A DNA stretch of 64,000 bases from the NCBI GenBank assembly GCA_036337945.1, contig JAYZDF010000062.1:29998-93997 (forward strand). Reading direction: 5' to 3'. The stretch is from Myxococcota bacterium (GTDB taxonomy: Bacteria; Myxococcota; Kuafuiibacteriia; Kuafuiibacteriales; Kuafuiibacteriaceae). The notes beneath the pieces were generated by a model, which was given only the letters and a program-made list of their open reading frames with translations, was not told the origin of the DNA and made no database searches. A program made the translations under genes and the position numbers. Positions 59,777-64,000 of this stretch are shown here, in pieces; the first letter of the stretch is position 1; each line of letters begins with the position of its first letter.

Positions 59777-60613
59777 ATGACGAAGAAAGATTCCAATGAA
59801 CCGGAAGGTGTAGTCAGTACCTCCCAACTGGCTTCGCAGAGTGCCTCGATGTCTCTCATCCTTCAGAGATTGAGAGCTGACGCTCGCGAGCAACTGGAAT
59901 CTGTTGATTGGTCTTTGTTTCAAGCTGAGGTCGAAGACCGAGTTGAGCGAGAAACAGAGGATTATCTCCGCGCAAAAGATCCGTCGTGGAATACGGCTTC
60001 TTGCTTTTTGCGACAGGAATTTGAGAGCCAGGCTGAATCTATTGATTGGTCTTTGTTTCAAGCTGAGGTCGAAGACCGAGTCGAACGAGATGTTAATGCG
60101 ACGCTTGAACTAGAATTTGAGCCCGACCTCGCAGCTTGGAAGCACTCAGCACTTTCATCTCGCGAAGGACAATGGTCTGCATTTACTGAGCAAGTCATTG
60201 ATGCCGTTCATCGTGACCAAATCAAAAATGCCCGTTTGCCGCTGGCGGAACAAACAGTCGAATACCTGCGTGAGGATATTGAGGTTTCGGTTGACGCTCA
60301 GGAAGCTCGGTTTGAGCGTGATTTTTTCTCTGAATTACAGAACCGCATAGAGGATAATCGCAAAACCTTAGGCGAAAGAATCTTAGAGTTTTTTGGGGCT
60401 TTCCTCCGTCCTGTCCCTTTGGCCTGGGGATCTGCTGCTTTTGCCTTAGCGGTTGCTTTGTTTTTTGTTCGAGCGCCTCTGTCTCCCGAGGAATCTCTTC
60501 CTGTTGTCGAATCTGAGCATCGCGTGCTCGTAGAGGCTGTTCAGTTTGAGGGAACAGTCACTTTATCTCAATCGGAAGATCTCACGGTGATTTGGCTAGC
60601 AAGTGCCTCTTGA
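59777..60613 (+). CDS. putative membrane-anchored anti-sigma factor with internal tandem duplication
   Basis: Immediately downstream of the ECF sigma gene; C-terminal TM PVPLAWGSAAFALAVALFFV; duplicated segment IDWSLFQAEVEDRVER. Confidence 0.45.
   Translation: MTKKDSNEPEGVVSTSQLASQSASMSLILQRLRADAREQLESVDWSLFQAEVEDRVERETEDYLRAKDPSWNTASCFLRQEFESQAESIDWSLFQAEVEDRVERDVNATLELEFEPDLAAWKHSALSSREGQWSAFTEQVIDAVHRDQIKNARLPLAEQTVEYLREDIEVSVDAQEARFERDFFSELQNRIEDNRKTLGERILEFFGAFLRPVPLAWGSAAFALAVALFFVRAPLSPEESLPVVESEHRVLVEAVQFEGTVTLSQSEDLTVIWLASAS
59901..60090 (+). repeat. two about-52-bp direct repeats (about 96% identical) with 138-bp period inside the anti-sigma gene
   Basis: CTGTTGATTGGTCTTTGTTTCAAGCTGAGGTCGAAGACCGAGTTGAGCGAGA (59901-59952) versus TCTATTGATTGGTCTTTGTTTCAAGCTGAGGTCGAAGACCGAGTCGAACGAGA (60038-60090). 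Confidence 0.75.
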
Positions 60614-60657
60614 TTACACTTGCGCCTACTCATTATTCCGGGAATACATAAGGAAGT

Positions 60658-61095
60658 ATGCGAATGATTGAAACATTTGTACCCGTAGTTGCTGTCCTTT
60701 CTATGTATGCCCCATCGGTTGAGGCGCAACCTGAGGTGAAGATTGAAGTTCAGGTCATTGAGGCTTCAACGAAGCTGAAAAAGTTCGACCCAAAATTGGC
60801 GAAACTAAAGAAAGCTTTTCGAGGCTTTTCTGGAGCGACCATAGTCGATGAATTACAAGCCAGTGTTTCGCAGGGTTCGAGCATCTCTTTAGAGATACTT
60901 CGCAAGTCTCGTCTCTTGAAAGTAACTTTTCGAGAGCTCGCCAAAGACGGCAGCATCAAGCTGAAAGTTGCGATCGATGCGTTTAAGTTTTCTGCGGAAA
61001 CCATACACAAAAAGAAAAATGCAACAGTTGTTGTGGCTCACGAGACAAGCGAAACCAGTGCTATCTTTTTGGCTGTAACACCCAAGCTCGAATGA
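60658..61095 (+). CDS. hypothetical exported protein
   Basis: Signal-peptide-like N-terminus MRMIETFVPVVAVLSMYAPSVEA. Confidence 0.4.
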   Translation: MRMIETFVPVVAVLSMYAPSVEAQPEVKIEVQVIEASTKLKKFDPKLAKLKKAFRGFSGATIVDELQASVSQGSSISLEILRKSRLLKVTFRELAKDGSIKLKVAIDAFKFSAETIHKKKNATVVVAHETSETSAIFLAVTPKLE

Positions 61096-61097
61096 GC

Positions 61098-61628
61098 TTA
61101 CCGACCTCTTCGTCCGCCGCCTTTACCGCGCTCTAAATCGCGAACGTACTCTAAAAAGTTTGCTTGATCGTCAATATCTCGACGGGGCCCGTCCCTTCGT
61201 CCCCGCCGTCGCCCGCCAGATTTTCTTCGGGACGGACGCTCTTCTTGAGGTTCATTTGTTTCAGCGGTCTTCTTTTCTGCCTCAATTCGGCCTTCTAATT
61301 TACCAATACCGTGCGTGATAAATTGTGAAACAAGGTCATTCAGAGAAACGCCTGATCGACGAGCGTAGTAATTTAGATCTCTTACGAGGACGGGTGCCAA
61401 CTCGACTTCGAAGGTTGTATCTAGATCTTCTTCATCAATCGGATCAGGCAGTTTGTCGCCCTCTGCCGCAGCGATCATGCGGGCCTCAATCTGTTCTTCG
61501 AGTTCAGAGATTGCTTCACCCCGAGTTTCTCCTGAGGTTTCCAGGTCCAGTTCAGGAGCTTTAGCGAGAAAGCTTTCGCTCTCAGGAATAAAACTAATTT
61601 GTATCCGATACGCGCGATCGTCTGCCAT
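61098..61628 (-). CDS. HicB-like antitoxin-fold protein (UPF0150 N-domain + ribbon-helix-helix) with Arg/Gly-rich C-terminal tail
   Basis: YRIQISFIPESESFLAKAPELDLETSGETRGEAISELEEQIE (HicB N-domain pattern); ELAPVLVRDLNYYARRSGVSLNDLVSQFI (RHH); tail GGRRRGRRDGPRRD...GGGRRGR. Confidence 0.55.
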   Translation of the reverse strand: MADDRAYRIQISFIPESESFLAKAPELDLETSGETRGEAISELEEQIEARMIAAAEGDKLPDPIDEEDLDTTFEVELAPVLVRDLNYYARRSGVSLNDLVSQFITHGIGKLEGRIEAEKKTAETNEPQEERPSRRKSGGRRRGRRDGPRRDIDDQANFLEYVRDLERGKGGGRRGR

Positions 61629-61772
61629 ACGGCCTTCTAGCCAGAAATCTCATTATTCGTCATTAGAATTGATCGTCCATTTTTTGGCTTTTTTTAGCGA
61701 GCGACAACGCTCAAAGTTCTTTTTCCGGGATTCCACGTATTTTATGACGGTTTCGGACACTGAACGTCGTGT

Positions 61773-63689
61773 CTAAGACCTATCTTCGTCTAGGTGTGCC
61801 AAAAGCAGTAACTCAATTTGGAGGGATGGAAATACAGAAGGGGGCTCGATCTGCATAGCTCGGAATGTGAATTTCCCGGCTTTCCAGCCAACAACATCCT
61901 CGAGACATTGTTGAATTTGTTGCCCATGAATCTTGGCGAAACGCTCTGGAGTCACCTTCTTGGCTTGGACCATCTTTTCTCCGAGGATTGTGTCGCTCAT
62001 CGATCGACCCACAACCATTCGCTCGAGTTCAAACCGAGTGACAACTTTTTGCATGACCAGCATTTCGGATAGATCTTCCATTCCGACGTTTGAGCGTATG
62101 GCAACGCAACGCCCGGTTGAGATGAAAACTTCTTTACTGATGGAGCTGTGCTCGAAGTGAATAGAGCCGCTGACTTTTTTCCGGACCAGATGTTCAAGGG
62201 CCTCCGCGACGGAAACATTACGAATATTATCGGACCATTCTTTTGATAAATCGATGTGATCAAATTTTCCGCTAAGCTGTGGTTGTGGGTCCTCTGTTTG
62301 AGATGCTTGACCCACAGGAGTGAGGCGAATGGACAAGTTGTCTCCCTTTGTTGAGATGACAGGCAGCTGGGCTGAGTCGGTTTCGATGGCGGACTCGTCG
62401 AAATCTTCTTGGGTAAGCAATTCAATCGGTCCCGAGATATCTTCATCTAGAACATAATCGGCAAGTTGCTCGTCTGTTGAGTTGCGAACTTCGTCTATGG
62501 AAGCCCGAACCAATGAATCCTGCGACCCTTCTGTTTCCGTTTTTTCGATATTCCGAAGCTCTTCCGAACTACCATTCGTATCAGGGTGCACCATACTCTC
62601 GTCAGCGGCGCTTCCATCTCCTGAAGTAGGGACACTCGCAAAACGTGGTTCAACAAATAATTTATGCTGCACAAAAAATGCGCTCACGATTGATGCAGAA
62701 ACATGCCTTCCTGTCTTAACCAGCCACGTTTCAAGCTGGTCTGCCATGACTTTTGCATTAGGGAAGCGTTCTTCAGGGCTCTTTGCTGTGGCCTTCCGAA
62801 CAATAGCGACGAGTGGGTCGGGGATCTGTTGCTTTTCCAGGCGATGCAGGGGCAAGTCATGTTCAACAACTCGCTTCATCATTTCTTGTATCTCTAAGCG
62901 AGCAAAGCAAGGTTTACCTGTGAGCATCTCGAGTAAGACAATGCCCAATGCGTAGATATCCATTCTTCCATCACACGGTTGCCCGAGAATTTCCTCTCGA
63001 GCCATGTACGAGTATTTTCCTCTCACAAGTCCCGGTTGAGTTTGCTCTTGTAGTCGATTGCCCATCCGAACGACACCAAAGTCAGTTAATTTAACTCTTC
63101 CATGCCTGGAGATAAGAATGTTTGTCGGGTTGACGTCTCGATGCATGAGACTGAGTGATTCACCGTCGGCATCAACAGCGCTATGAGTATGCTGCAAAGC
63201 ACGCAAGACCTCGATAGAAACATAGCAAGCCAGTTCGAGAGGTAGCGCCTCTTTTCGAGTGTACATGGCCTCGTTGACTTGTTTTAGGTCTGATCCATCG
63301 ACGTATTCTAAAGCAAGGCAGGTGCCTTGCTCGTCCTCGGTGAGGTCGAGAAGAGAAACAATATTGGGATGGTCCAAAGCAGCAAGTGCCTTTGCTTCAT
63401 CCAGTAAAATTGCTCTTTTATACTCGAAGAGTTCATCTCCGCGATCGGCTCTTTTTACGATGGCTTTGCGTAGGAACCCGAACTGAGAAAACTTGTGGGC
63501 GAGATAAGCGTCGATCAGCTCGTTGCCGCGAAACTTCGACATGAGTCTATACGCACCGATTTCTTCTAAGGGCTTGCCGTTGGCGGAGGATATTGATGAA
63601 CTGACTGGGCTCTCATCAGTTTCCGAATCGGGGAACACCAGGTCGTCTGCCAAATGACTTAAGTCATCGGGTTGTGATTCGTCCGCCAT
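61773..63689 (-). CDS. Ser/Thr kinase-like protein with degenerate glycine loop and C-terminal DUF4388-like domain
   Basis: HRDVNPTNILI, DFGVVR, YMAREE (APE to ARE); the glycine-loop region MSKFRGNELIDAYLA lacks GxGxxG; C-terminus GRCVAIRSNVGMEDLSEMLV...GKFTFRAMQ is DUF4388-like. Confidence 0.75.
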   Translation of the reverse strand: MADESQPDDLSHLADDLVFPDSETDESPVSSSISSANGKPLEEIGAYRLMSKFRGNELIDAYLAHKFSQFGFLRKAIVKRADRGDELFEYKRAILLDEAKALAALDHPNIVSLLDLTEDEQGTCLALEYVDGSDLKQVNEAMYTRKEALPLELACYVSIEVLRALQHTHSAVDADGESLSLMHRDVNPTNILISRHGRVKLTDFGVVRMGNRLQEQTQPGLVRGKYSYMAREEILGQPCDGRMDIYALGIVLLEMLTGKPCFARLEIQEMMKRVVEHDLPLHRLEKQQIPDPLVAIVRKATAKSPEERFPNAKVMADQLETWLVKTGRHVSASIVSAFFVQHKLFVEPRFASVPTSGDGSAADESMVHPDTNGSSEELRNIEKTETEGSQDSLVRASIDEVRNSTDEQLADYVLDEDISGPIELLTQEDFDESAIETDSAQLPVISTKGDNLSIRLTPVGQASQTEDPQPQLSGKFDHIDLSKEWSDNIRNVSVAEALEHLVRKKVSGSIHFEHSSISKEVFISTGRCVAIRSNVGMEDLSEMLVMQKVVTRFELERMVVGRSMSDTILGEKMVQAKKVTPERFAKIHGQQIQQCLEDVVGWKAGKFTFRAMQIEPPSVFPSLQIELLLLAHLDEDRS

Positions 63690-63763
63690 GACATCATTAC
63701 GAAATCACGCGAACCCCTTGTTCGTCAATTTTGCGACCGGTGTATCTAGAAACCAGAGAGGTT

Positions 63764-64000
63764 CTAGCGAGCAGAGCTAATATTTCTGGCGTAGATTTCG
63801 CGGTCGATTCGCTGAAACCCCACGCTTCGATAAAATTCTCGGGCTGAAATATTTGTCATGGAAACCTCTAGGGTCATCGCGGGCATGCCTTCACTCGCTG
63901 CATATTCTTCGCAATGATTGATCATTTGTCTACCAAGACCACGCTCCCTTGCGCGGCCTCGAACGAAGATCTCGTCCAAAACAGCAACCTCAGAGGCATA
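63764..64000 (-). CDS. GNAT-family acetyltransferase, C-terminal part (N-terminus beyond window end)
   Basis: RGLGRQMINHCEEYA...TLEVSMTNISAREFYRSVGF matches GNAT motifs A and B. Confidence 0.5.
   Translation of the reverse strand, partial: YASEVAVLDEIFVRGRARERGLGRQMINHCEEYAASEGMPAMTLEVSMTNISAREFYRSVGFQRIDREIYARNISSAR

Noticed and set aside
61629-61772. HicA toxin gene adjacent to the HicB-like gene
   Set aside because: There is no ORF of plausible size or HicA motif in either flank.

Overview
This is an origin-proximal chromosomal segment of a Gram-negative bacterium with roughly 50% GC. The domain repertoire is typical of Bdellovibrionota or Myxococcota-like lineages: HRDxSPxN-type Ser/Thr kinases, an FHA sigma-54 activator, DUF4388, PilZ and many TPR proteins. 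The window holds the replication-origin gene set: rpmH-rnpA-yidD-yidC-jag on the minus strand and dnaA-dnaN-recF on the plus strand, with a DnaA-box-rich dnaA-dnaN spacer that is the likely oriC. gyrB is not next to recF; it lies 22 kb away on the opposite strand at the window start and is truncated by the window edge. Housekeeping genes present are uvrA, rnhB, infA, rsmA/ksgA, tsaD, hemE, hemY and a fused tal-pgi. There are three Ser/Thr kinases, a PP2C phosphatase, two sigma-54 activators (one with an FHA domain) and a pseudo-receiver/DUF4388/TPR protein. A MoxR-DUF58-vWA (Bat-like) operon is extended by a TPR/HExxH protein and a 1055-aa coiled-coil membrane protein. An ECF sigma factor sits next to a putative anti-sigma factor that carries an internal tandem duplication. 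The strongest unusual signals are two. (1) A ~930-bp gene-free region at 13.65-14.58 kb carries three Bacillus-type parS sites (TGTTCCACGTGAAACA, two perfect and one with a single mismatch) in exact 110-bp phasing. It is flanked by a RacA-like excisionase-HTH plus coiled-coil gene on one side and an AT-hook coiled-coil protein plus an Rsm22-like Cys-cluster methyltransferase on the other; the AT-hook gene is preceded by an 87% AT tract. (2) At 37.2-39.0 kb, a gene pair encodes a signal-peptide-less Gln/Gly-rich protein with a GDPH autocleavage-type motif and a SycD/LcrH-like TPR chaperone. This resembles a type-III-secretion substrate and its class II chaperone, but no apparatus genes are in the window. 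No tRNA, rRNA, CRISPR or transposase genes were recognised.
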